In this document: positions 1 to 10,358 of the stretch, piece by piece
Numbering within the stretch: the first letter of the stretch is position 1
Layout of the letters: each line of letters opens with the position of its first letter
Assembly (NCBI GenBank): GCA_002430735.1
Contig: DJCV01000012.1
Span: 1,390 to 65,389 of the forward strand
Source: Candidatus Woesebacteria bacterium UBA5941
GTDB taxonomy: Bacteria; Patescibacteriota; Microgenomatia; UBA8517
DNA length: 64,000 nt
Direction of reading: 5' to 3'
Position numbers and translations under genes: made by a program
The notes under the pieces: model-generated
What the model was told of the DNA's origin: nothing
Seen by the model: the letters and a program-made list of their open reading frames with translations, nothing else
Database searches by the model: none

Positions 1-669
1 GATAGGATAGAAGAACGCTTCAGGGGTGATTCCCATAAATTCAAAACCATGAGTCGTAAGGAATGAATACATTTCTTTAAAGAGCGTTTCTCCTTTATAT
101 AACTCCTTGACTGCTAATTCAATATGAATAATATCAACCTTCTTCAGAGTTTCTTTGCCGTACTTTAAAATCTCACCTTCAGTTCCTTGTGTATCTATCT
201 TTAGAAATACTGGATGAACCAGAGTCTTTGATGCAAAGTAGTCGTCGATGTTTATCGTCTTCACCTTACGTTTTTTAGGTCTCTCTTTGTTAAAGCGAGT
301 GTCGCTATTAAGAAATGGGAGCAGTGATGATAATTCGGTTCGAGGATAGATTAAGAACTGGCTGTACCCGTTTTTTCGAGCAAGAGCAACGTTTTCTAAC
401 ACTACATTGCTATTCTGTATCCGACTTTTTATCTTTGTAATATTCTCCTTGATTGGTTCAAAAGCGTAGTACTTTACTGATGGGAAAACATGAAGTAATG
501 CGGCCATGACTTTTCCTTCATGTGCGCCAACATCAATAATGGTGTTAATTCTATAGTTCTTTAACCACTCGTATTGAACAAAAACCGGTATATATATTCT
601 CCGAAAAATTAGTGGAATTAGATTCGGATTCAGTATAATATACAAACCAAACGCTATCATGTTTTTCAT
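1..669 (-). CDS. FkbM-family SAM-dependent methyltransferase (partial; C-terminus runs off window start)
   Basis: Minus-strand open frame from ATG (plus 667-669) to position 1 with no stop; hand translation MKNMIAFGLYIILNPN...IIDVGAHEGKVMAALLHVFP... carries the IIDVGAxxG glycine-rich SAM motif typical of FkbM/Methyltransf_21 enzymes; not in ORF track because it has no in-window stop. Confidence 0.7.
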   Translation of the reverse strand, partial: MKNMIAFGLYIILNPNLIPLIFRRIYIPVFVQYEWLKNYRINTIIDVGAHEGKVMAALLHVFPSVKYYAFEPIKENITKIKSRIQNSNVVLENVALARKNGYSQFLIYPRTELSSLLPFLNSDTRFNKERPKKRKVKTINIDDYFASKTLVHPVFLKIDTQGTEGEILKYGKETLKKVDIIHIELAVKELYKGETLFKEMYSFLTTHGFEFMGITPEAFFYPI

Positions 670-685
670 AATGGGATAGTGTAAC

Positions 686-1432
686 ATGAGCGCTATGTTA
701 AAAGTAAAAAGATTTATATACGTTTGTGCATACTTAGTGCTTCGTATTGTCTCACCCAGGCATCGAAAGCAATGGGCAAGACTCACAGGAGAGATAAAGC
801 GATTAACTCCAAAAGAAAAACGTGCACTCTTACTGCTTGATCCTTCTCTAGCATATAACAATGAATACTTCCTGTCTGATCAGTTTGAAGATCAAAACGA
901 ATGGTCAAACAAAATCTCTCAAGTTATTGATAAACATCTTAAGCCCAAGAGCGTAGTTGATGTTGGTTGTGGTCGAGGTTTGTTTTTAAGACATTTTCAT
1001 GAGAAGTCCATTCGAATACTTGGCATTGAAGGATCTTCTAGTGCAATAAAAAATCTAGTGGTTCCGAAAAATAAGATTATTCAGACTGACCTTCGCAACG
1101 TGTTTCAGAAGACGAATGCGAGAAAGTATGATATCGCTATCAGTTTTGAAGTGGCGGAGCATCTTGAACGTGAGTTTGCAGGTGTTTTTGTATATAACTT
1201 AACCACCCTCTCTAATACGATTTTGTTTACAGCTGCACACCCAGGCTGGTCTATTCCACATCCTCACCATCCGAACGAACAACCATATGAGTATTGGGAT
1301 ACTCTGTTTGAATTCTATGGTTATAAAGAAGACACGAAAACAACAAATAGGTTGAGACGAGAACTTGCAAAATTACACCTGCCTCTAAACGTTTCTCATT
1401 ACTCAGATGTAAAGGTATACAAAAAAAGATAA
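686..1432 (+). CDS. Class I SAM-dependent methyltransferase
   Basis: ORF track; motif I VVDVGCGRGLF, acidic loop and ISFEVAEHLE typical of Methyltransf_11/12 fold. Confidence 0.7.
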   Translation: MSAMLKVKRFIYVCAYLVLRIVSPRHRKQWARLTGEIKRLTPKEKRALLLLDPSLAYNNEYFLSDQFEDQNEWSNKISQVIDKHLKPKSVVDVGCGRGLFLRHFHEKSIRILGIEGSSSAIKNLVVPKNKIIQTDLRNVFQKTNARKYDIAISFEVAEHLEREFAGVFVYNLTTLSNTILFTAAHPGWSIPHPHHPNEQPYEYWDTLFEFYGYKEDTKTTNRLRRELAKLHLPLNVSHYSDVKVYKKR

Positions 1433-3510
1433 TGAAAAATAGAATAGGAGTATTTTTATTTACACATAAATACCCTATTTTCCTCCTGCTTGTTTCCGGT
1501 TTTCTCACATGGACACACTTTAAGTATGGTCGTTTGATCGCAACCGCCGAGGAGGCACTTACCTTTTATAACCCCGAGAGAACGCTTCGGTTATTCAGCT
1601 CTCTTTGGGTTGAAGTATCATCCGGATTTCCAATCGCATTTTTAATTCCGCGTATTCCTGTTCTTTTTGCTTCAGCACTCCTCCAAGAAGCGCTGTTTCC
1701 GCACTATGTACAAGCTGTTCTCTTCTTCTTTATATTTTGTTCTGGTTTCATTGGATCATTCTACTGTTTCAAATCCTTAACAAAAATTAACTCAAATAGA
1801 ATCGCTTTTTTGGTTGCATTATTTTATGGATCTAATTTGTTTACACTCACACAGGTATGGCAACGTTTCTTGTACCCACTGTTTTTCTTGTGGGCATTTT
1901 TGCCTGTGTTTTTAGTTCTGTGGGATTTATTACTAGGAAGTAAAAAAAGGAAATATCTTGGTTGGCTCGTGGTGACTTCAATTGTTTATTCGTATACCTT
2001 TACCTTTCCCTCATCTATTTTGCTCCTCGGGTTGGTCATGGTATTTGTCTCCTTAAAGCACATTTTCTTTGCAGGTAACAAGGCAAGCCAATTGCGTTTT
2101 ACAGTAAAAACAGTTTCTTTTTGGGCAGTTTTCCAGCTCTGGTGGTTTATTCCACTGTTTTTCCTGAGAAACAGCGCTTTATCTGAAAGTGTGAGTACTG
2201 ATCAAAATATTTCGGCTTTACGGGAAGTAAGTCAATTCTTTAATAACAGTGATGTTCTCCTGTTGAAGCAACAATTCTTCTTTAGCGGTGGAGGATACTT
2301 CAGTGAGTACTATCAAAGCCATCTATTGCAAAGTCTTAGTGGAATTCTGCTCAGCATCGTCATTGTTGGCCTTGTTCTTTCCGCAAAAAGCCGTACATAT
2401 CGACTCGTTAGCATCTTTTTTCTATTCAGTTGGTTTCTTGTCAAAGGTAGTAACCCTCCATTCGGTGATCTTTTTTATACAACGCTCTTTGAGAAGATTC
2501 TTTTTGCACAAGTCCTGCGCAATCCTTATGAGAAGCTTGGCGTCTTATATACTTTGCTTTACTCACTCTTTTTGGGGGTAGGGGTATATTTTCTAACAAA
2601 TAAACTGCAGAGCTACGCTCGCAATGCACTACACATTCTTCTGCTTGTATCACTTCTTGCACTTTCTTGGCCTCTATGGAAAGGGTCTGTTTTTCCGTAC
2701 TTTTATTATGTTACCGTCCCACAACGGTATGAGGAGGTAAACAAAATTGTCTCAGAAAATCAGGGCAGAATACTTCAATTACCACTTTCACGCGGTTCTA
2801 CCGTTGAATACTCATGGTTTTATCGAGGAGAGGACCCGAGTGAATATTTGTATGACAGGCCATCAGTATCAAAATTCACAACACTTACCTCACTAGACCG
2901 TTTTTACTCAGGGCTGGTACAAAATATTTCACATAAAAATATGCCACATTTGTTAGCTGTCGCTAATATTGGGAGCGCGATCGTGAATTATGATCTAGTA
3001 AAGTCCCCGTATTTTTCAGAAACGGCTACTGACAGTAGCCTAATGGTGCAAAAATGGTTAAACGGGGCAAAGCCAATTAAAATCGAGACGTTAGAAGTAT
3101 ATCCTCAGTTAGAAGAATCAGCCGTTGGTGCGGTGTACCTCGTGAATCAGATAAAAAATGTAACAGGAGTTGATTCTGCGTTCCAGTTCATGCTTGAGGA
3201 CGCATTTAACCCAAAGACAATGGCGGTTGTCGAAGGCGCCAATGAAATAAAAATCGCAGAAGTGAAAGAACTACCCTCACATGCTGTGGAGAAAATACAA
3301 CCCCGGCATTACAAGGTAACCGTACATGAAAACTCAGGCACATTCTTACTGATCTTGACCCAAAGCTTCAATAAAAATTGGAGGGCCACAATTAATGGCA
3401 ATCGTGTACCAGAGCACGTATTAGCCAATGGATACGCGAACGGGTGGATTATCTCACATACAGGCACGTACGAAATTGATATAATCTTTCAGGTATTTCC
3501 ATGGGAATAA
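1432..3510 (+). CDS. Large polytopic membrane protein, putative GT-C-fold glycosyltransferase (paralog 1 of 4)
   Basis: 692 aa, about 12 predicted hydrophobic helices N-terminally plus soluble C-terminal domain; shares KGSNPPFGDLF...FAQVLRNPYEKLG motif and C-terminal NGYANGW motif with ORFs at 8187, 11033, 13598. Confidence 0.6.
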   Translation: MKNRIGVFLFTHKYPIFLLLVSGFLTWTHFKYGRLIATAEEALTFYNPERTLRLFSSLWVEVSSGFPIAFLIPRIPVLFASALLQEALFPHYVQAVLFFFIFCSGFIGSFYCFKSLTKINSNRIAFLVALFYGSNLFTLTQVWQRFLYPLFFLWAFLPVFLVLWDLLLGSKKRKYLGWLVVTSIVYSYTFTFPSSILLLGLVMVFVSLKHIFFAGNKASQLRFTVKTVSFWAVFQLWWFIPLFFLRNSALSESVSTDQNISALREVSQFFNNSDVLLLKQQFFFSGGGYFSEYYQSHLLQSLSGILLSIVIVGLVLSAKSRTYRLVSIFFLFSWFLVKGSNPPFGDLFYTTLFEKILFAQVLRNPYEKLGVLYTLLYSLFLGVGVYFLTNKLQSYARNALHILLLVSLLALSWPLWKGSVFPYFYYVTVPQRYEEVNKIVSENQGRILQLPLSRGSTVEYSWFYRGEDPSEYLYDRPSVSKFTTLTSLDRFYSGLVQNISHKNMPHLLAVANIGSAIVNYDLVKSPYFSETATDSSLMVQKWLNGAKPIKIETLEVYPQLEESAVGAVYLVNQIKNVTGVDSAFQFMLEDAFNPKTMAVVEGANEIKIAEVKELPSHAVEKIQPRHYKVTVHENSGTFLLILTQSFNKNWRATINGNRVPEHVLANGYANGWIISHTGTYEIDIIFQVFPWE

Positions 3511-4346
3511 ACAATCTAGACTCAAAAACGAATAAAAGGCTATCTGAATTACTCGCCAATACGGGTGATATGGCATTAAAGCGAAGAGCTCGTGAAATTG
3601 TCACTCACCTTGAGCTGAAGGATGGTCTTTCCGTGTTAGATATTGGGTGTGGTGACGGGTACTATCTCCATTTGTTGTCAAAATTGCCATATAAATTGAA
3701 GTTATCTGGTACAGATTATGATGAAAGTGGTTTGTCTCGTGCACGTAAGAATTTAGGAAAAGGAATCCCGCTCTATCAAGGGGATTTAATGGCAAAATTA
3801 CCTTTTAAATCAAACACCTGGGACAGAGTTGTCATGTCTGAGGTGGCGGAGCATTTGCCCAATGATGTGAAAGGGTTAAAAGAGGTGAATCGCGTTCTGA
3901 AAAAGGGTGGGAGTATTTGTCTAACCGTGCCATGCTGGGATTTCCCTCTTTTGTGGGATCCTCTAAGTTGGATACTTCAACGAGTCGGCACACCTATACG
4001 GCATGGATTTTTTGCAGGTATTTGGAATCAACATGAACGACTGTATAAGCCAGATCAGATTGTGAGTGTCTTAAAAAAAGCCGGGTTTGAAGTTGTGGAA
4101 TCAAAAACAGTGACCTTTTGGTGTTTGCCGTTTAATCATTACATTGTGAACATTACTGCACGGCTTCTTGCCGCAGGTTCTGTCTCAGGAGAGACAGCCA
4201 CAGCTTTAAGTAAGTATTCGGTAAAACCAAAGCGGTCCTTTTTATTAAATATGGCATTCAAATTCGCAAATGCGGTGGACTCATTAAATAATTGGTACCA
4301 ACCACGAAGTGGTGTCGCCGTCTTCGTACATGCAAGGAAAAAATGA
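3501..4346 (+). CDS. Class I SAM-dependent methyltransferase
   Basis: VLDIGCGDGYYLH motif I, EVAEHLPND, LKKGGSICLTVP motifs. Confidence 0.75.
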   Translation: MGINNLDSKTNKRLSELLANTGDMALKRRAREIVTHLELKDGLSVLDIGCGDGYYLHLLSKLPYKLKLSGTDYDESGLSRARKNLGKGIPLYQGDLMAKLPFKSNTWDRVVMSEVAEHLPNDVKGLKEVNRVLKKGGSICLTVPCWDFPLLWDPLSWILQRVGTPIRHGFFAGIWNQHERLYKPDQIVSVLKKAGFEVVESKTVTFWCLPFNHYIVNITARLLAAGSVSGETATALSKYSVKPKRSFLLNMAFKFANAVDSLNNWYQPRSGVAVFVHARKK

Positions 4347-5524
4347 AGCAAATATACATTTGGGCTGCAGGCGCGCGAGGAAACGGCATTTCTGGAAGTG
4401 ACCGTATTTTTATAGAATTTGCTCGACGCTGGCAAAATCCAAAAACTCATGTGGTAGTGACTACCGAGGGGCGAGAAATGTGCCTACGCAATAACTTGAA
4501 CGATACTCAGGTAAACTTCCTCATTGTTCCATCACCTCAAGAAAAACGATTTGGTTTTTTCATTAGTTATTTTTCGACGATCATATCATCAATCTGGTAT
4601 GCGTTTACAATACGGGTCGATGATCCATCTCAATCTGTTGTGTATTCCGCAAGCGAATTTTGGATGGACAGTATTCCAGCAGTTATTCTAAAGTTTCGAT
4701 ATCAAAAGATAACCTGGGCGGCAACCTGGTACCAAACTGCGCCGAACCCTTTAAAAGGGTTTACTGAATCTAAGAGACAGAACGCGTATCGACTCAGTGC
4801 TTTTTACTATTGGTTTATGCAGTTGCCAGTGAAACCACTCATTTCTGCTTTTGCAAATAAAATTCTTGTAAATAATGAACTTGAGAGAAAACAATTTCCA
4901 GCAGCAAACAAGCAAGGGAAAGTAGAGGTTGTCATAGGTGCTGTGGATACAAAAAAGATCATTGCATATAAAGAAAATCACAAGAAACCAACGAAGCCTA
5001 TATACGACGCAGTTTTTCAAGGACGCTTTCATCCTCAAAAAGGAGTCGTTGAGCTTATTCGCATATGGTCAAAGGTTTGTCTTTCCCACCCGACGGCGAA
5101 ACTCGCAATGATTGGTGACGGTCCACTTATGCAAACAGTTCGTAGCGAAATAGCAAAGTATCAGTTAGAGGAGAATATTACGCTGGCAGGGTACGTTTTG
5201 GACGGTGATAAAAAGTACTACACTTTTTTGAACTCAAAGATGGTAGTTCATCCAGCGAAATATGATAGTGGAGGTATGGCAGCTGCGGAAGCAATGTCAT
5301 TTGACATGCCCTGTATTGGGTTTAATTTACAAGCATATAAATCTTACTATCCAGTGGGTATGGTTACCTCAAAAAATGACGAAGACTTTGCTAGAAACAT
5401 TATAAAACTTATTAAGAACGAAACCTTGAGAAAACGATTAGGTCGAGAGGCTGGAATCTTTGTGCTTCGTAATTATTCTTGGGACATTCGCGCTGAAAGT
5501 GTGAGAATATTTATTACATCATGA
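4343..5524 (+). CDS. Glycosyltransferase family 4 (GT-B, retaining type)
   Basis: ORF track frame 4292..5524; likely start ATG 4343 overlapping upstream stop (ATGA); C-terminal GGMAAAEAMSFDMPCIGFN is the GT4 EX7E-region signature. Confidence 0.75.
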   Translation: MKQIYIWAAGARGNGISGSDRIFIEFARRWQNPKTHVVVTTEGREMCLRNNLNDTQVNFLIVPSPQEKRFGFFISYFSTIISSIWYAFTIRVDDPSQSVVYSASEFWMDSIPAVILKFRYQKITWAATWYQTAPNPLKGFTESKRQNAYRLSAFYYWFMQLPVKPLISAFANKILVNNELERKQFPAANKQGKVEVVIGAVDTKKIIAYKENHKKPTKPIYDAVFQGRFHPQKGVVELIRIWSKVCLSHPTAKLAMIGDGPLMQTVRSEIAKYQLEENITLAGYVLDGDKKYYTFLNSKMVVHPAKYDSGGMAAAEAMSFDMPCIGFNLQAYKSYYPVGMVTSKNDEDFARNIIKLIKNETLRKRLGREAGIFVLRNYSWDIRAESVRIFITS

Positions 5525-6354
5525 AAAAAACGCCATTAGTCTCAGTAATTATTCCATGCAAGAATTCTTCAAAGATGATTTCAAGTTGTTTACAAAGCAT
5601 TAAGGATCAAACTTACAAAAACTTAGAAATTATTGTCGTTGATAACTATTCTGTGGACGATACGTACGCGATTGCACGTACATTTACTAAAAATGTCTAC
5701 AAGAAAGGACCGGAAAGGAGTACTCAGCGGAACTGGGGAGTGATGAAAAGTCGTGGTGATTGGGTGCTTTTTGTCGACAGCGATATGGAGCTTTCTCCTA
5801 CAGTTGTCGAAAATTGCGTAAAAATAGTTCGAAAAAATTCAGCAGTAAAGGGCTTGATTATTCCTGAGGAGTCAATGGGGGAAGGGTTTTGGGCAAAATG
5901 CAAGAATCTAGAAAGGAGCTTTTATGTAGGTGTGGCTTATATGGAAGCAGCGAGGTTTTTTAACAAAAAATTGTTCCTTGAGGTTGGTGGGTATGATGAA
6001 ACAATGGTAAGCGGCGAAGACTGGTATCTCTCTCAAAAATTTGAAAAGGTAGGGAAAATAAAAAATGTTCCAGACCTTATATACCACAACGAAGGGCAGC
6101 TAACTTTGAGTGGAACTATTCGCAAAAAATTTTATTATGCAAAGCATTTCGTAAAGTATATGCATATCCGTGACAATAAATATATTAAGCATCAGACCAG
6201 CATTGTTTCTCGGTATAAACTCTTTTTCTCCCGACCAAGAAAATTATTTGCAAACCCATTCGTAGGGGTTGGAATGCTTATTATGAAGACAGGTGAGTTT
6301 GCTGCTGGTGGACTTGGATATTTAATGTCGATTACTTCAAAGACCATCTCATGA
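5521..6354 (+). CDS. Glycosyltransferase family 2 (GT-A)
   Basis: N-terminal VSVIIPCKNSSKMISSCLQSI...EIIVVDNYSVDDT (GT2 signature with DxD region DSDME). Confidence 0.8.
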   Translation: MKKTPLVSVIIPCKNSSKMISSCLQSIKDQTYKNLEIIVVDNYSVDDTYAIARTFTKNVYKKGPERSTQRNWGVMKSRGDWVLFVDSDMELSPTVVENCVKIVRKNSAVKGLIIPEESMGEGFWAKCKNLERSFYVGVAYMEAARFFNKKLFLEVGGYDETMVSGEDWYLSQKFEKVGKIKNVPDLIYHNEGQLTLSGTIRKKFYYAKHFVKYMHIRDNKYIKHQTSIVSRYKLFFSRPRKLFANPFVGVGMLIMKTGEFAAGGLGYLMSITSKTIS

Positions 6355-7379
6355 AAACGCCACTGGTTAGTGTAATCTTAGTAAACTTTAATGGACTGAA
6401 GTGGCTTGAAACTTGTTTGTCATCACTAACAAATCAGTCTTATAAAAACATAGAGGTTGTTTTCGTCGACAATGCTTCATCTGATGAGAGTATTTCCTTT
6501 GTAAAAAACAACTATAAAAAAGTAAAAATAGTTGCACTGAAAGAAAATGTTGGATTTGCAGGTGGGAATAATGCTGGCCTTCCATTTTGTCACGGAACAT
6601 ATCTCTGTTTGCTAAATACAGATACCACAATTGAAAAAGGCTACATAGAAAAGATGATACAGCCCTTTAAAACCGACAATAGTTTGGCGATCGCCCAAAG
6701 TAAAATCGTGCTGATGGACAAACCATCTATTATCGACACATGCGGTTCATACTGGACAGGAAGTACTTTTTTATATCACATGGGTAATGGAAAAAATGCC
6801 AATAAAGGTATGTATAACAAAAACCAGTTTGTTTTCAGTGTAAAAGCTGCGTCAGTCATGATACGCAAGAGTGTTGTTGATGAAATTGGATTATTTGATT
6901 CAAGATTTTGGAATTACTATGAAGAAACAGATTTCTGTCACAGGGCTATGATTTCTGGTTACTCATGCATGTACTATCCATCAGCTATTTGCTATCACGC
7001 AGGGGGCGGAACTACATTGTCTGAATTCAATTATGACTATATACAGTTCCATAATTTTAAGAATAAACTCGCAAGCTTTTTGAAGAATTTCGATCGACTG
7101 ACACTGGTATTTGTATTGCCCAAGTTTTTGTTTCTAAATTTTGTGATTAGCGCTTTGTGGCTTCTCACTGGAAAGTGGAGGTTTAGCGTAGCTCTGTATA
7201 AGGCGATTTGGTGGAATATCTCAAACCTGAAAGATACTTTTAAACTTCGTATGACAAATAACAGAAATCGTGTGAAGAGGGATAGCGAATATTTGCCAGC
7301 CGTTACAAGAAACCCACAGCTAAATTACTACGTTGCATTATTCACAGGAAATTTTAAGAATTACATTGATTATGAATAA
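6351..7379 (+). CDS. Glycosyltransferase family 2 with C-terminal membrane segments
   Basis: LVSVILVNFNGLKWLETCLSSL...EVVFVDNASSDES; hydrophobic C-terminal region. Confidence 0.8.
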   Translation: MKTPLVSVILVNFNGLKWLETCLSSLTNQSYKNIEVVFVDNASSDESISFVKNNYKKVKIVALKENVGFAGGNNAGLPFCHGTYLCLLNTDTTIEKGYIEKMIQPFKTDNSLAIAQSKIVLMDKPSIIDTCGSYWTGSTFLYHMGNGKNANKGMYNKNQFVFSVKAASVMIRKSVVDEIGLFDSRFWNYYEETDFCHRAMISGYSCMYYPSAICYHAGGGTTLSEFNYDYIQFHNFKNKLASFLKNFDRLTLVFVLPKFLFLNFVISALWLLTGKWRFSVALYKAIWWNISNLKDTFKLRMTNNRNRVKRDSEYLPAVTRNPQLNYYVALFTGNFKNYIDYE

Positions 7380-8217
7380 GCAATGTCCAGTCTGTCGTCA
7401 AAGAAATGGAGAACGAAATTTTTCTGCCTATGAGTCTCATGGGAGATTTCAAAAGAGTGGAGGGAAACGTTTTCAATATTATAAATGTACGAATTGTGGA
7501 TCGTTGTTTCATGCCGAAAAAATTACTAACAATTTTTATAAGGCTTATTATCCTGAGCAATACTATGATGATGAGCCTTCTGGATTATCAAAAGTATTAA
7601 CTCAATTTTCAAATTATAAAAAAAGAAAGTTAGTTGAAAGTAGTTCAAAGGACAGGCAGTTAAGCATTCTGGATGTTGGTTGTGGAAACGGGTTGTTTTT
7701 GAAATCTTTACCCAACAGATATAAGAAGCATGGCGTTGAAATTGATCGGAAAGCTGCTTCTGTAGCGCAAGCATCAGGTGCAGAGATTTTTGTGGGCGAT
7801 TTTACAAACATGCAGATCTCGAAAAAGTTTGATGTAATTGTCTCGTGGCATGTGATTGAACATATTGTGAATCCAAACGCTTTTATGAAGAAAGTTAGCG
7901 AGTTACTAAAACCTGAGGGAACCTTCCTTTGCTCAACACCAAACGCCCATTGTTTGGGAATGCACTTTGGCAAAACAGATTGGTTCCATCTTGACGCACC
8001 TCGACACATAACACTCTTTAACAAAAGATCACTGAAGTTAATTGCAGAAAATAACGGACTGGTGTGTGAAAGAATTATTTCTAATTATTGGGAATTTCCA
8101 CTGGACACTTTTTGGTCTCTCAAGAGCACTTTACTCTCAATACCAATGATACTCATGTACCCATTTATGAAGCGCGCTGATGAGGAATGTATAACTATCA
8201 TATGTCGGAAAAAGTAA
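7372..8217 (+). CDS. SAM-dependent methyltransferase with N-terminal C4 zinc ribbon
   Basis: ORF track 7333 (TTG); canonical ATG at 7372 gives MNKQCPVCRQ...YKCTNCGSLF (two CxxC pairs) followed by LDVGCGNGLFLKSL motif I. Confidence 0.7.
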   Translation: MNKQCPVCRQRNGERNFSAYESHGRFQKSGGKRFQYYKCTNCGSLFHAEKITNNFYKAYYPEQYYDDEPSGLSKVLTQFSNYKKRKLVESSSKDRQLSILDVGCGNGLFLKSLPNRYKKHGVEIDRKAASVAQASGAEIFVGDFTNMQISKKFDVIVSWHVIEHIVNPNAFMKKVSELLKPEGTFLCSTPNAHCLGMHFGKTDWFHLDAPRHITLFNKRSLKLIAENNGLVCERIISNYWEFPLDTFWSLKSTLLSIPMILMYPFMKRADEECITIICRKK

Positions 8218-10358
8218 AAACAATTATTCTCTCTTTTGTCTGCCTGGCTTTAATTGTCATTCCGGTCGTAAAAAACCAAAGTGGATATCTTGTAGGTGGT
8301 GATGACACAAAGCTCTATTATGTTTTTCCAGATAAGTTTTTATCAAATTACGCATTCAATCTTATCTCAGACAATACTTTAGCAGGAGCAAATTCTGGCT
8401 ACTATCCGGTGTCATATTTCGCGCCACTATTTATTGTCTTTTGGCTGCTCAAAGTAATCCCTTTAAACACGCAGTTTTTAAGCTTTGGAATAAACCTCGC
8501 TGTTGGGTTTCTCTTCACATACAAACTGCTCATCCTTCTCCGCCCTCAGAAAAGTGTAGCTTCATTTACAGGTTACGTTTTAAGTGCGCTCCTGTTTGTT
8601 TTCTCACCTTTTCTTACTGAGACGCTTTATAACCATCAGCTACTGTCAATGTATTTAGTCGCGACTTTTCCCCTGACGACATTTCTGTTTTTGAAAGGGG
8701 TTAAGGAACATAGATTCTCGTATACCCTGTTTGCAAGCATCGTATTCTCACTGTTTAGTACCACACTAAACGCACTTCCTTGGATCGCTGGTTTTTTACT
8801 CGCTTCGTTACCTGCAATATTGTTTCTCCTTATTGAAAAGAAACATGCAATAAAACACTTCATCGTTTTTACGACCAGCTCTGTATTGTTAAACTTTTAC
8901 TGGATCTTCTTTTTTATACACTCGCAGATTTACGGTTCTGGATTATCAACTACTACGGAAACATATTCTTCAAACAGCTTCGTTTTTGATAACTTACGCA
9001 TAATAGAAACAGTATCTCGAATGTTTAGCCCGCTCAGTCAAATTTTTCATAATGTCTTACCAAACGGATATGCCACATTTCAAACGATCGACGTATTGTC
9101 ATGCACAATTCTTGTGATGGTCATGTTGGCACTTGCAACAGCGCACAAAGAACATCGAAAAGCACTTCTTATATCAGGCCTGTGTTTACTGTTCAGTTGG
9201 TTTTTATTTTCTCCAAATATGGGCTCATGGGGTCCGAAGACATTTGTGTTTTTGAGCAGAAACATACCATTTTTTACCATGTTCAGAAATATGTTTGATA
9301 AGTTCTCACTTCCTTTAGCCTTTTATTATGCGCTTTGTTTTGGCTTTTCTATTCATGCCCTGCAAGGTGTTTTGAAAAAGCATGGTAGTGTCATTGTCCT
9401 GGGGATTTCCTTTACAGTAGTCATGTTTTTTGGCAAATCATTATTCGAATTAAAAGATACACAAGAGAATCGGTTCAGCGGTCGATTTAACTCTGATTAC
9501 ATGAATTTAGTGACTTATTTCGAAGGACAAACAGATCAATCGCGTATTCTATGGCTGCCTTTAAACGGACCCACATATGCAAACATTGAAGACGACACGA
9601 ATACCGGTTCATATTATTCAGGTTTGTCGCCACTGCATATTTTGTCAGGGAAACCTGATTACACTGGTCGCTTCAGTTTTATTATTCCAGAAGACATATT
9701 TTATGGAGACAAAATATTTAATTCGTTAAGGGCAGGAAACTATCAGGAGGTAGGGGAAGCGCTACAAAAGTTAAACGCAAGATATATTGTAATTGATAAG
9801 CAGAGGCTACCCGCTAATATCGCAGATTTTATGTATGGTGGGGAAGGCTATCCGCTGCTAACGGCTCAAAGCGAAGAATTTTATGAACATATCCTAGGGG
9901 AGAAACTAACAGACTTCGGTCAACGGTATTCCGTCTATAAAATAGCCGAGAAATATGACAGCGATAGAGTGTACGTAGCCAGCGACACCGCACGTTCGCT
10001 TGATAGTAATGCGAAGAGTTTAGTCCGGTATGAAAAGCTTTCCAGTGATCGGTATTCAATTACTTTTTCTCGGAGTGACATCTATAACAATCTTGTTTTT
10101 CTAGATCCCTATTACCGTGATTGGGAAGTAATTCATAATGATAATGAAGTATTCCTTGATCAATCTGTCGCATTTGGGTATGCAAACGCTTGGAATACCC
10201 TTCCACTCATTGAAAATAGCAATACGGAAGACGTTACGGTGCAACTCGTGTTCAGACCTCAGCAATATAGTCTTTTTGCGTATTCAGTGAGTATAATAAC
10301 CGTGCTACTGCTACTATCATACATTGCATATGACTACTCAAAACACAGAATTTTATAA
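8187..10358 (+). CDS. Large polytopic membrane protein, putative GT-C-fold glycosyltransferase (paralog 2 of 4)
   Basis: 723 aa; GGDDTKLYYVFPDKF loop motif shared with paralog 3 (GGDDTRVYFEYPFEYF); SPNMGSWGPKTF...IPFFTMFRNMFDKFSLP motif; C-terminal FGYANAW. Confidence 0.6.
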   Translation: MYNYHMSEKVKTIILSFVCLALIVIPVVKNQSGYLVGGDDTKLYYVFPDKFLSNYAFNLISDNTLAGANSGYYPVSYFAPLFIVFWLLKVIPLNTQFLSFGINLAVGFLFTYKLLILLRPQKSVASFTGYVLSALLFVFSPFLTETLYNHQLLSMYLVATFPLTTFLFLKGVKEHRFSYTLFASIVFSLFSTTLNALPWIAGFLLASLPAILFLLIEKKHAIKHFIVFTTSSVLLNFYWIFFFIHSQIYGSGLSTTTETYSSNSFVFDNLRIIETVSRMFSPLSQIFHNVLPNGYATFQTIDVLSCTILVMVMLALATAHKEHRKALLISGLCLLFSWFLFSPNMGSWGPKTFVFLSRNIPFFTMFRNMFDKFSLPLAFYYALCFGFSIHALQGVLKKHGSVIVLGISFTVVMFFGKSLFELKDTQENRFSGRFNSDYMNLVTYFEGQTDQSRILWLPLNGPTYANIEDDTNTGSYYSGLSPLHILSGKPDYTGRFSFIIPEDIFYGDKIFNSLRAGNYQEVGEALQKLNARYIVIDKQRLPANIADFMYGGEGYPLLTAQSEEFYEHILGEKLTDFGQRYSVYKIAEKYDSDRVYVASDTARSLDSNAKSLVRYEKLSSDRYSITFSRSDIYNNLVFLDPYYRDWEVIHNDNEVFLDQSVAFGYANAWNTLPLIENSNTEDVTVQLVFRPQQYSLFAYSVSIITVLLLLSYIAYDYSKHRIL

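Noticed and set aside
7614-8024. 136-aa minus-strand ORF
   Set aside because: Antisense to the Zn-ribbon methyltransferase gene
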